Origin: Trypanosoma brucei
Taxonomy: Eukaryota
Length of the DNA stretch: 64,000 nucleotides
Assembly (NCBI GenBank): GCA_000002445.1
Contig: CP000071.1
Location: 1,920,001 to 1,984,000 of the forward strand
Reading direction: 5' to 3'
A model generated the notes under the pieces. It did not search any database, was not told the origin of the DNA, and was given only the letters and a program-made list of their open reading frames with translations. Position numbers and translations under genes: made by a program. This document shows, one piece after another, positions 1-11,281 of this stretch (the stretch's first letter is position 1; each line of letters starts with the position of its first letter).

Positions 1-3000
1 ATAAACAGAAGTCGCCCACATTCACAATTTCTTATCCGTTCCCTTTTTCTCTTTTTTTGTTGTTTATTTTATTAATCTTTATCCTTTCCTTGTTTCATTC
101 GCCTCCTTGCGCGATTTCTTTTCCTTTTTCTGTATTTTTTCAATAATACTTGGAACCACAATAAAAAAGCCCAGAAAAAAAATAAAAAAGAAGGGCACAC
201 ATGTTTAAGTTTTCACAGATGAATAAAACAAATCGATAAAATATATTAAAATGAAAATACGAAACAAAAGAGAGATGTATAAATAAAAATAGAGAAGGAA
301 AAATGGAGAGTAAGTAAATTGGTACGTAAATAAATAAATATATATATATATATATAAAGGATGAGATGTCAATAAATAGAAGTGGATGGACGAATGAATG
401 AACGTATGGTAAAACTAAAACAAATAAATCAAAGTAACAAACTCTATACGAAGGTGTGCCCGCCTAACATAAAAAAAAAAGTAAAAAGCAAAAATATAGA
501 AAGTGAAACGACAAATAAATTTAATTAAAAACGGTGAAAAACAAGGAAAGAAAAAGATATATATATATATATATAACGAATCGCTCACGTTTCTTTACTT
601 ACTTCTATTTATTTTACATTTTCTGCTCTACCTACCCCTTAAAAATTATTACTGGGCATCTTTCTCTTTATTTTTCTTCCTCTTGTTTCTTTTCTCCATA
701 CAAAATAAAAATCGTAAAAATAAACCACATATACATATATACATATATATAGTAATTACACAAACCATAAATACGAATGCCCAAACAAATAAACAGATGT
801 GTAAAATAAATAAATAAATAATGTCTCTTTGGCTTGCTTAATTTCGTTTTCTTTGGTTATTTGCATGGTTTTCCTCCTCTTTTTAATAATTCACGTCGGA
901 CATCACATCATTAAAATAAAACAGGGAGGGGAATTTTATAAGGCAACGACTTGCAAACATATGAATAAGCCCATAAAAAAAGATTTTTTTTCACCTCTTA
1001 AACGGTTATATAACCGAACAATCAATCAACCAATTACTATATATAATAATAATAATAATAAAGGAATAAATAATGTATATTACATTTTAACACGGGGGTC
1101 TGTGAGTTTTACTACCCGCTAAATGCACATGAATTTGGGATGTTGGTTGTTTATTTTGTGATTTTTTTTGTCTTCTGTTTTTTTTTGTTGTTTTATTTTA
1201 AACTTGTCGACGGCACACAGTAGAGAAGTGAAATAAAATGGAATAAGCAAAAGGAAATAAAGGAATAAAATAAAAAACGAATGAAATAAATGAAGAAATA
1301 AAATGACTGAATAAAGACAATTTTTTTTTTTAAAGGAATAGAAGGGGAAAAAAAAACTGTGCCCACGCGAGGTACATATTTCCCCTCCTTTTCTTTGTAT
1401 CTTTTGCGTACCCCTCTACTTTAAATCATCATAATCGTAATCATCACACTCATAATAATTATTATTACTATTACCATTATTTTGTGCGGCATGGAAAAAA
1501 AAAAACGTTTCTTCCCATTTCCATAACCTCAAAGAAGAAAACTTCACCATCTTAAGTTCTCATTTCTTTCTTTCTTTCTTTCTCTTTCTCTTTCTCTTTA
1601 ATTCATGCATTTACATTTTCATATGCAAATGTAAATGTAAATGTAAATGCATACCTTTACTCGCTCCTCCATTCTTTCATACAACTAAATAAGCTCTCAC
1701 ATGAAAAAGGAAAAAAAAATGATAAATAAATAAATAAGTAGACAAATAAATTAAAAAAAGGAAGAGGAATAAGAGGGGGGGGAAAACAAAAAAAAAAGAA
1801 GGGAACCGGAGTGATTACTATGCTTCATATCTCTTACAAAAAGGGAAAAAAAAAGATGTCATCATCGCCATCATATTAATGTTGCATTGTAAGTTTGTCA
1901 GACATGCGCATTCATCCAGTCGCTCATTTGTTTATTTATTTATTTATTTATGTTCATGTCGTTTTCTTCTTATTTCTATTTACATTAAATTTGTACATTT
2001 TAATATGTTGGCATTATGCACACGTCAAGTCATGAGTGGAAAGAGCAACAAACATTTGAAGTCATTCCTCTAACTTCTTTTTTTTTCTCCCCTCTTTCTT
2101 TTCTTTTTTTTCTTTTAGCTTTAATTTCATTTAAATTATTTTCACATGCTTCTTAGCGATTTCACATCTGTTTTCACCTTGTTCTTTTTTTAAAAAAAAT
2201 AAAATAAAATAATTGGTTGAAAAATGGAATATGGCCCAATTAATTGAGTTTTAACTGAGAAAGGAAATTGTGTCGGCGCAAACTAAAGCCAAACAAATTA
2301 ATTAAAAGGAAAAGAAAAGAAACCAAATAAACACGATCGCTCATCCAATAATAATAATAATAATAAGTGAGAAAAATAAGCGCGAGAGTCACACAAACAA
2401 ACAAACAATCACATGCTGCCCAATCACAAAATTTACACCTTTTTTTTTTTACTTTACTTTTCTTTTCGTTCACTTTTAATTTTTATATTTCATTCCATCA
2501 TTTGTTCTTTTTTTTTTTTCTTCTTTCCGTTTTATTTTCATTACTTTTTTGTGTTGCCTCGGCAGTCAATGGCAAATATTTTTCTGTTAATGATTTTTTC
2601 TTTACTTGTAAGTATGGGAGTATGTGCATTCATATACTTATTCTTCTCATATATATATTTTTTAAAAATATTATCATCTCTCATATGCACTCACAAGATA
2701 AAAAATAATAAATAAATAAATAATACAAAATAAAATATTTTTCTACTTTTCGTTTCCCCCCTTCCTCTTTTCCTGTTGCCATCTTTTTATTGACACAAAA
2801 AACAAAAACAAAACAAAAGGGGAAAGGGGGAGGGGGAGGGAAGAACAAAAAAAAAGGAGGGGGAGGAGGAGGAGCAGAAGGAAAAAAAAAAAGGAAAAGA
2901 AAGAGAAAAAAAAAAAGGCGCCAGTAACGAAATGGTGCGGAAGAAAGGAAAGAAAACTAAAAAGAGAAAGGGGAAATACAAAGGAAAAGGAAAGGAAAAG

Positions 3001-3119
3001 GATTTTTATTTTCTAAAATAATGATAATAATGATAATAATAATAATGGTGGAGGAAAGCGCTGCATTGCAAATAAATGAAAGGAATCGTAAAGAAAAATA
3101 AATGGGACAAAAGGTAAAA

Positions 3120-3150
<31 letters not shown>

Positions 3151-5041
3151 GCAAAGAAATATTCATGAATATACATATAATATAAATACAACAAAATATT
3201 CGTCCCGAATGGCCCAGCCGTATTAAATAAAGTCGTTGTCATCATCATTGCTATTATTATCGTGATTACCGTGCATTATTCGTCAATATTTACTTTTCAT
3301 TTCTCTTTATTGTTATATTTAATGCTGGAAGATTTTATTTTATTTTATTCCTTCTTAATTTTCACACACGGCACATCCCACTCCCGTGATTATTTATTTT
3401 GTCAATCACATATTCCCCTCCCCTCCAGTAATACGCGTAAATGTTACGTTAATTATTTGGTGTAATGCCATGGAGGATGGGGGAAAGGAGAAAAAAGAAG
3501 TGAAACCAAATAACAAAAACAAAACAAAAACAAAAACACAGAGATAAGAAGAAGAGGAGCAAATATGTAAAACAAAGGAGAGGGAAAAAAGTGATTTTTA
3601 AACTAAAAGAAATAAAAGAAATAGATAAAGAAGGAGAACAGTGCTGCATTACACTGTTTTGGGGAAGAAAAAGTTTTAAGGAGAGCTTCATGCAGACACA
3701 CATGAAACACAAACAAAATAAAAAGGCAAAAAGAAAAAAAAAAGACAAATGTTTGAGTCGAATAAAATAAACAAAAAAAATCAAAAATGGTGATGATGAT
3801 GATGATGATGATAGTAGTAGTAGTAGTAGTAATAATAATAATAATAATAATGACAGTAAAAAAAAAAAAGAGGATGAAGGGAATGTAATGTAATGTAACG
3901 TTGTCAGTCCAGTTGCAAAAAATAATAATAATAATAATAAACACGGATGGCTCATGACTGGAAGAAAGAGTAGGAAAAGTGTAAAGTCAAATACAAACAC
4001 AAACACAAATAAATACAAAATAAGCGAGAAAGGGAGGGAGGGAAAGCATTTTACTTCTCGATAGAATAAAAGTAACAAAGTTTAAAAGTAAAAGTCAAAA
4101 AAAAAAAAAGCAAACCAAAGCAGCAACAAAAAAGGATGGAGGTACTAACAGGAAAAAAAAAAGAAATATACCAATAATAATAATAATAATCATAATCATA
4201 GTAATACCGGTGAATCCCACACCTCCTCAAAAGCATACAAACACAAAATTTCCACATCATTCCTCAAATTCCTCCTTTTTTTTTTTTACCGCCACGGTGT
4301 GCGGTTTCAGTTGTCCGTCATTCGTACAAATTAAAGGTTAAAGTAAAAAAAAACAAAAAAGTCATAACTGAATGAGCGAATGTGAGATGGCTACAATATA
4401 GAAAGCGGGAGGATGAGGAAGAGGGATACAACACACAAAAACAAACAAATAAATAAAGGCAAAGGCAAAAATAAATAAATAAATATATATATATATATAT
4501 ATATATGCACGTTTGTTTATTTATCAGCGTGGATGTATGGGAACTGATAGTGTGGAGGGAGAAATGTAAATAAAAATAATAATAATAATAATAATAACGA
4601 ATGGAGTGAATGTTTTTTCCCCTGTTTGAATACGCGGCAAGAGAGAAAAGGGAGGGGAAAGCACGGGAGCACTGCAGGAATATATTGTAGAAATATTATA
4701 AGCATTCACATTTACATATTTTAAATGCATTCGTGTGCGCTCGCTCCCTTATTCCCTCACACATTTTCTCTGTTTTGCGATAGTATACGACGTATATGAA
4801 AGACTAACTAGCCGAACTCCTCTCTCTTTTCCTCCCGGTAAATGATGCTTTTCCCTTCCTTTTTTTTTCTCTTCTGCTGTTGTTGCTGTTTTCGTCTTCA
4901 GGTCATCTTTCCTTTGATAAACTGCTTCATCAGATAGGTAAATGTACCATCATGCGTTTTTTTCTTTGAATTTTCGAACGCACCCGTAAGACTTTTCTCT
5001 CTTCAATATACATGCACAGATGCATATTCGAATGCGTAAAT

Positions 5042-5083
<42 letters not shown>

Positions 5084-5249
5084 CCATGTTTTCCCTGCGT
5101 GATAGCAACAACAACAGCTACCATAATTATAACAATAATAACAATAATATTATTATCGTTGCCACTGCCCTCTTCCTTGTCTTTTTCCTTACCCACTGCT
5201 AACTCATCTCAGTGCCACAACTTACTTCTTTTGCTTGTTTCGTCAATTC
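1..5249. other. ORF-free, AT-rich low-complexity tract downstream of the last minus-strand gene. It is either a long 3'UTR/intergenic region or the end of the transcription unit. It carries many (TA)n, (AAT)n, (GAT)n and homopolymer runs.
   Basis: Every six-frame ORF here translates to low-complexity K/N/I/F/Y-rich peptide. Microsatellites lie at ~339-356, 557-576, 3125-3150, 3788-3842, 4484-4506 and 5053-5081. No conserved domain is recognisable. Confidence 0.6.
3788..3842. repeat. Compound trinucleotide microsatellite (GAT)7(AGT)6(AAT)8.
   Basis: Direct read of the sequence. Confidence 0.9.
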
Positions 5250-7250
5250 TCAACCTACACGCATGGTGGGAGTCGGTGTTACGTGTTGTAACCGCTCTGC
5301 AGTGATGGGCACTTGCATCGGAACTTGAGCACCCGGCATATAATACATGACGGTGGATTGCGGTTGGGGGGTTGGTGGGCACATCACCGCCGGCTGAAGT
5401 TGCCGGTTGGGACCCAAAATAACAACTTGCCCTCCAGCGGTTGGTCCAGCGGGAAGCGGAAAAAGCGGTGTTGCGTAAAGTCCCTGTTGAACTCCAAAGC
5501 TGGGGGTTGGTGCGGTGTACGGTTCTGAGCTGTAGAGGCCGGGCGGTGACATAACAAGTGAAGGAGCCCCGGCGCATGTACCAAAGGCCTGAGGGAGTTT
5601 GGAGGAGATGAAACCGCTTGTGTATGCCTGCTGCTGTTGCTGTTGTTGTTGCATAAACAGCTGCTGCTGAAGCGCTTGCTGCTGTTGCTGTTGTTGTAGG
5701 AATAGTTGTTGCTGAAGGTCATGTTGTTGCTGTTGTTGCTGAAATTGTAGTAGTGACTGCTGGTGAGGGTGTTGCTGGCTGACTGCTAAAGGAGGGGTTG
5801 GTGGTAGATGTGCGGTTTGGGGACTTGCATCGCCACTTACCGCTTTACTGCTGTTACTCGCCTGCTTACCAGAAGAACCACGACGAGCTAAACGCTCAAT
5901 GCGGTGGGCGGAATCTTCCGCTACTTTAGCGAGCAGCGGGATACCCTCACAATCAGGAAATGGCATCGTCGTATGAGTTTGCTGTGCCGCCCAAGCCGCA
6001 GCCTCTTTGGTGGTGTACGTAATGAATACGACGTTTCGCTTCTTGTTTGTTGAGCATTGGGCCGTATCGCCATGAATGGACACTTCCACTACCTGCCCGT
6101 ACTTGCTGAAGTGGGACACGAGGTCCTCTTTTTTGGCGCTGAGTGGAACGTTCCGTACGAATGTTTTGTTCGTTGGAGCCCCTGGTCGGTAAGCGGCGTT
6201 GGGTTTAGCCACTCTCACGGTGATGGTCTCACCACAGAAGATTGAACCGTTGAGCGCCTCAACCGCGCGCTGAGCGTCGCAGAGTCGAACAAACTTCACA
6301 AATGCGATCCCACGACTTCTCCCGGTGTGAATGTCCAGCATCACCTTGGCGGACTCGATGCTTCCAAATGGAGAAAAGAGTTCGTGTAGGCCGCTGTCCG
6401 TCACACTGTGCCGCAATCCCGATATGAAGAGGTTGCTGCGAATTGCATCTTCCGAGCAATCGGGGACTCGTTGATGGTTGTTATCTTTGGTCCCCTGAAC
6501 ATCCTGATGTTGAGGTTGCCCCCCATGGTGCTGTTTCTTGGGAGGACATGTTAGAGACTCGTCGACGCTACTGCTCATCAACTCGCCGTTCCCAAAGGTG
6601 GGATACGTCACACATCCAGACGACCACAGATAGTGACTCGACTGATCATCGTCTGCGCCTTCACTCTCGGCAGCGTCGTTGATATCCAGCGGTCCATCTT
6701 TCCATCGGAGGCATGCGAACACGTTTTGAGAGTCCGGGCCACTAAGCAGCTCCGATACCTGGCACTGATGCGCAAAGGGAGATGGAGGGTTCACCGATGG
6801 CACGCCCCCTACAGGCACCGCGAACTCCATTCGATGTCCCAAGCTTACATCGCTGCCGCATGGAGATAGGGTTGCCGTACCAGCTAGAGGAACGCAGCCT
6901 GCGGCAATGGCATGATTTGAGACTGTGGTGGCAGGTTTAGGAACACCGACCGCGGTGGGAATTGGGGTTTCCGGCGTGGTAAAGGGTGGTTTGGTGGCGG
7001 CATGGCTTCGAGTGCATTGGGTCGACGGGCTGTCCGTCTGGTTGGGAGCGTCCCAGCTGTCACGCATCATTAACAAATCGCTGGGGGTTAATATCGGTAG
7101 AGAGGGACTCCCACCAGCAGTGGAGGGACTCATGTAACGCTCACCAGATCGTGACGGATTCATAGAGGGGTACCAGCAGAAGTCTTCGATCCCTACCGCG
7201 TTGCTTTCCAGCGAGGGTAGATCTTTGCAGATGACTTGGTGGTCTGTCAT
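5250..7250 (-). CDS. DRBD13: RNA-binding protein with two central RRM domains and a Q-rich C-terminal region; DRBD13-like.
   Basis: RRM RNP motifs: 'RGIAFVKF' within 'LFISGL...FGSIESAKVML...'. A second RRM runs from 'TFVRNVPLSAKKEDLVSHFSKYGQVVEV' to 'NVVFITYTT'. The long poly-Q stretch, '...QQQQQQHDLQQQLFLQQQQQQQALQQQLFMQQQQQQQQ', is encoded as CTG/TTG on the plus strand at ~5630-5760. The ORF-track start at 7274 is GTG; the first ATG is the complement of 'cat' at 7248-7250. The symbol is from memory of the synteny, not a search. Confidence 0.8.
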   Translation of the reverse strand: MTDHQVICKDLPSLESNAVGIEDFCWYPSMNPSRSGERYMSPSTAGGSPSLPILTPSDLLMMRDSWDAPNQTDSPSTQCTRSHAATKPPFTTPETPIPTAVGVPKPATTVSNHAIAAGCVPLAGTATLSPCGSDVSLGHRMEFAVPVGGVPSVNPPSPFAHQCQVSELLSGPDSQNVFACLRWKDGPLDINDAAESEGADDDQSSHYLWSSGCVTYPTFGNGELMSSSVDESLTCPPKKQHHGGQPQHQDVQGTKDNNHQRVPDCSEDAIRSNLFISGLRHSVTDSGLHELFSPFGSIESAKVMLDIHTGRSRGIAFVKFVRLCDAQRAVEALNGSIFCGETITVRVAKPNAAYRPGAPTNKTFVRNVPLSAKKEDLVSHFSKYGQVVEVSIHGDTAQCSTNKKRNVVFITYTTKEAAAWAAQQTHTTMPFPDCEGIPLLAKVAEDSAHRIERLARRGSSGKQASNSSKAVSGDASPQTAHLPPTPPLAVSQQHPHQQSLLQFQQQQQQHDLQQQLFLQQQQQQQALQQQLFMQQQQQQQQAYTSGFISSKLPQAFGTCAGAPSLVMSPPGLYSSEPYTAPTPSFGVQQGLYATPLFPLPAGPTAGGQVVILGPNRQLQPAVMCPPTPQPQSTVMYYMPGAQVPMQVPITAERLQHVTPTPTMRVG

Positions 7251-8704
7251 TTCCCTTTTCTTTTCTTTACACACCCTTGTTTTCTAGGTGCAACCAAACA
7301 GCCAACGGGTCGTCAGGGTGGCAGTCGTGCCTCCGTTTGTAATATTTCGCTGAAGTCCTCTCTTCCTTCCTGCTACTTCGGGATGCGCGTGTAGTGGTGA
7401 AGATCGACACGTCAACTTCTTTTGGAACGAGCTCACCTCCTTTTCTTTATTCTTTCTTGTAACTTTCTTTACTTGTTTGCTCGCTGAAAGTGTTTTTTCA
7501 CCTGAACTTTTAATTACCTACGTATTGGGTTGCAGGTTTTGGTTGTGTAAAGGGGAATCAGTCGAAAATACAAAAAGAATGAAAAAAGAAAAAAAATTGA
7601 AATGTACTAGCTGCTAGCCGCATTAACCGATGACGGGGACAAGCGGAAGATGGTTAACACCTCCAGCTTGCAATAGGTTACGGAAACCCACAAGCACATC
7701 TAAACAGACTGTGTGTGCACACAAAGTATAAAAACAATTATGCGGCATGTGTACAACTAATACATGAAAGTTTTCTGGCAACGAAAGCGCCATCCGCAGA
7801 GGCACTGATACACTATTGACCATGGGCTCACTACACCCCGGCCACGGCATACATTAATACATACAAAGTGTGACGCAGTGGTAGGGACTGAAAAAGAGAA
7901 AATATGAAAAAAAAACAATAGCAGTGACAGTGACAGTACAGGCGGGTAAAAGCAGTATGAATAGGTAAAAAGGAGGAACCGAATGAATGAAAGAGAAGTG
8001 TGTGGTTGGCGTGATTGAACCGCTGTTGGGCGCCCCTTCGGTCCATTAGCCCCATCACCTCTACTTGCACCCTGTTCACCACCACAATACATAATATCAT
8101 CCGTGTTAGACATAAATATGCGCGATGTGCGTAAAGAATCGCGAAAATGTACGACACTGTTTACATCAAAATTACACTCATTCCTTCCTAAGGCACAAAC
8201 CAAGCACCACTACTCCCCTCTCCCTTTTCCGTCTTTCTCTGTCATGAATTTGTCTCCTCCTTGTTTCTTTTCTTTGTTGATTATGCTTCTTTCACATTCT
8301 TTTATTCTCTCTTCTCCCTGACCTGGCATTCACGTTTGGCTTGGCTCATGAAGACTATACATTGAGATGTGAATGAACGGTACACATACACGCATCCGTT
8401 GTCCTCCTTCCTCCTTTCACTCCGATATCGCAGTCGGTTGCCCTGTTCTGCCATGGATCAATTACCCTTCCTTCTTGTCACCCAAACCCTCACACTTCCC
8501 CCCAACACACACACACACCTGTCCACGTATTCATTCTTAACCCATTCTGCTAGCCGCAGCCCGCATACTGGTAGGCTTTACTTATTTAATTTGTTCCCTA
8601 TACACACCAATACCACTTCATTACGCGCGGTGACAACTGAAAGGGAAGAAGTGGGGGACAGCGCGCTGGCAGGAGGAGGGGTTTTTGTACAGACCAAGAT
8701 TTTC

Positions 8705-10528
8705 CTAAGGTGCGAAGGCTGCCGTATCAGTGGAGGCTTTAGAGATCTGCGATTTATCCAAAGTGATCTTGGGGACAGAGCCCGTGTCCAAAGAACCCTT
8801 ATTAGAATCCGCTGCGCCATCGGCATCTGGCATCGTCATCATGCGGATGGCCTTTACGGAGAGTCGCTTGTCAACCGACGCCTCTAGGTAGTACTCATTG
8901 AGGCAGTTTACCATCTCCTGCAGTGTGATGGTAGATTCTTCGATGGGAATACCGTACTGCAGGAAGCGGTCAGTGAGCAACCGCGGCTTCAACGTCTCAA
9001 GGTCAGTCGTGAACTCCGCCGAAAGGAACAAGGGGACAGGAATAGTTGTCTTTTCCATAGCAAGGTCACGCTGCGTTCGTGGAGATATGGCGAGAGTTGT
9101 TTGCCGTCGCTTCGGCAGCTCCGCCGCCCGATCGTTGAAGAACTTTGAAATGAGGCGCACCATTGCAGGAGGAAGGGCCCACCAGCGCGTTCGGTTCTCG
9201 TCACCATCGAGGACCGATTCCTCCATAGTTTCATTGGCATCAAAACTGGCATTGGAAGAATGACTGTCAAGGAAGGACAGTTTGGAAATACTGATGAGCC
9301 GCGACCCCGCGCGCATCATGGGTGGGACGTAATCCTCACCGTGCTCCTTAAGGAAGCGGAAACGTCGAGGGAGCGGCTGCGGCTGCGAAATGGTGCGGTA
9401 TGCCCGGCGAAGACATTGGTATGTAAGTTTTATTTCCTTTCGGGGCTCAGTGGTGCTCTCCTCCTCTTCGTTGCGGGCGTCAGCATCGATCTGGAGCTTT
9501 ACCGCCAGAGCAATAATCCCGCGAGCCTCAGCAGGTGTCAACTCAACGCTGCGGATACGCAGCCGGTGGAAATCGGCGGGCGGAACAATAGGGAGCTTAC
9601 CAGGGAGCGGGACTTTTTCGTTTTCTTCTTCGGGGTCTTCCAACTCGGCGAATTCTTCCTCATCCTCCTCATCGTCGTTCTGTTTCTTTCCTTCAGGCTC
9701 GCCCTCCGGTGAATCCATGGCATCGAGGAGGTGCTTCCAGTTAAGGATAATATTACGGTACTCAACATCCGTTTCAGCCATGCGGCGGGCAATCTCCACG
9801 TCCGTTTTGTAGTTGAAGTAGACAAGCTCAAGAAAGGTGTTGACAGAAATTGTACCGTTGGAGCGCTTCTTTGGCCGCTTCGCCGCTATTCTCTCAATCA
9901 ACTGCTCCTGAAGCACAGGGAATGGGGCATTAAGCACCAGACTGCGCATTGATACCCATCCGGAGGCATCACCGTCGAGATAATTGAAGAGATATTTCAT
10001 ACGGAAGTAGTCATCGGCGTAGTAGTTGGCCACTTCATTCTGGTTCTTATCGCAGAGGTCGTCGATAATGTTCATGACATTAGTACCAATGTGGGTGTCC
10101 TCCACACAAAACCGAACGACATTCTTGTTAGCGCGCAACATTCTAATGATGGGGCTCGCGCTGCATACCGTCACAAGTGGGTTGTTGCTCACGTCAATGC
10201 TTCGAATCGATTGATGGTCCTGCAGGATCTCGGCAAGTTCAGAGACAAATTCATCCGTGACGTGGCAGCCACTGAACGAGACACGGCGGAGCGAACGGCT
10301 GCAAAGTACAAGCGGCAATACGGCCAAGCAACCCTTCGCACCGAGAACACACTTGGAGCAGTCAATCACACGGTGCTTATCCCAGTCGCGTGGTGCATCA
10401 CTGAGTAGGAGCGAGACGTGCCTCTGACGGTTAATTCCCATCTCCTCGCAGATCTGTGCGTAGCTCGCGCGTGGGGACTTGCGGTCAAACCGTCCCAACA
10501 TCGCGTCTACCCTCTGCATCGTCGTCAT
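8705..10528 (-). CDS. Leucine-rich-repeat protein of the ribonuclease-inhibitor-like LRR class, with an acidic linker; conserved hypothetical.
   Basis: A 607 aa ORF with an ATG start at 10526-10528. LRR consensus: 'LRRVSFSGCHVTDEFVSELAEILQDHQSIRSIDVSNNPL'. Coding-like composition. Confidence 0.7.
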   Translation of the reverse strand: MTTMQRVDAMLGRFDRKSPRASYAQICEEMGINRQRHVSLLLSDAPRDWDKHRVIDCSKCVLGAKGCLAVLPLVLCSRSLRRVSFSGCHVTDEFVSELAEILQDHQSIRSIDVSNNPLVTVCSASPIIRMLRANKNVVRFCVEDTHIGTNVMNIIDDLCDKNQNEVANYYADDYFRMKYLFNYLDGDASGWVSMRSLVLNAPFPVLQEQLIERIAAKRPKKRSNGTISVNTFLELVYFNYKTDVEIARRMAETDVEYRNIILNWKHLLDAMDSPEGEPEGKKQNDDEEDEEEFAELEDPEEENEKVPLPGKLPIVPPADFHRLRIRSVELTPAEARGIIALAVKLQIDADARNEEEESTTEPRKEIKLTYQCLRRAYRTISQPQPLPRRFRFLKEHGEDYVPPMMRAGSRLISISKLSFLDSHSSNASFDANETMEESVLDGDENRTRWWALPPAMVRLISKFFNDRAAELPKRRQTTLAISPRTQRDLAMEKTTIPVPLFLSAEFTTDLETLKPRLLTDRFLQYGIPIEESTITLQEMVNCLNEYYLEASVDKRLSVKAIRMMTMPDADGAADSNKGSLDTGSVPKITLDKSQISKASTDTAAFAP

Positions 10529-11281
10529 GGTTGCGGAAGATAATTACTTCTCCAAATAAAAATCCTTCCTTCTTTTGTCGCCTCTGCTCTTTGTTCGCTC
10601 TTTTTTCACGCACTTCTCAGGAAATGCTTTGCCGTATTATCTAGTTTATTTGTGTGATATGGCGGCTTTCCTTCTTATGAGTGCTTCTTTGATTCTTGTT
10701 AGTTTCACTCGTGTTCACTTGATTCGGTCTGTTCACCTTGGTGCAGTCGATGCTTTAGTAGTGCAGCGGGTTTCAATTTAAAAAACGTGACGGTGCATAC
10801 GTGAAATAAAAAAAACAAAGGTAACAAAGAGAAACAGAGTAGTAAGATAACAGGACGGAATCAAAGCAAAACACTCCATGGACGTCAAGGGTCAAAACGC
10901 CCGGTAACGCCTACGAACAATATAGCAGATGAAAATACTTGCCATAGAGGGAAGGTTGCGCTCGTGCCACCGCTTTGATGTTGTCTGTTGCATGGAGGAG
11001 CACACACTGAAAAACAGCAGCTCACGGTTAATCCATCGGCCCTTGTGCACGTGTTTGTGCGGGGAAAGCAAAACGAAGAAAACTGACCGCATGAGAGGAA
11101 GACAACGCTGAACCGTCCACAATCCTCATTGCGTTGGGTACACCTTACACGTTATCTTTGCTTAGACAACATCCGTCACGAGCGGTAAACCACGAAACTC
11201 TGCAAGCAGACCGACAAACCGCGGAGAAGCAATCTCTTCTCTTTTTCTTTTTCTCATCCTCACAGACGCAAAATGTCCCCA

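Noticed and set aside
503-4730. Numerous 60-210 aa ORFs on both strands in the first 5 kb, e.g. 3449-4078 (-) 209 aa and 2367-2708 (+) 113 aa.
   Set aside because: The translations are pure low-complexity (poly-L/F/I/K/Y/S) produced by AT-rich simple repeats. There are no domains, and the ORFs overlap one another.
7251-7274. N-terminal extensions given by the ORF track for several genes: 7274, 13195, 13831, 19400, 32829 and 48410.
   Set aside because: The first codon at each of these positions is GTG or TTG on the coding strand, not ATG. Eukaryotic nuclear genes need ATG, so I moved each start to the first in-frame ATG.
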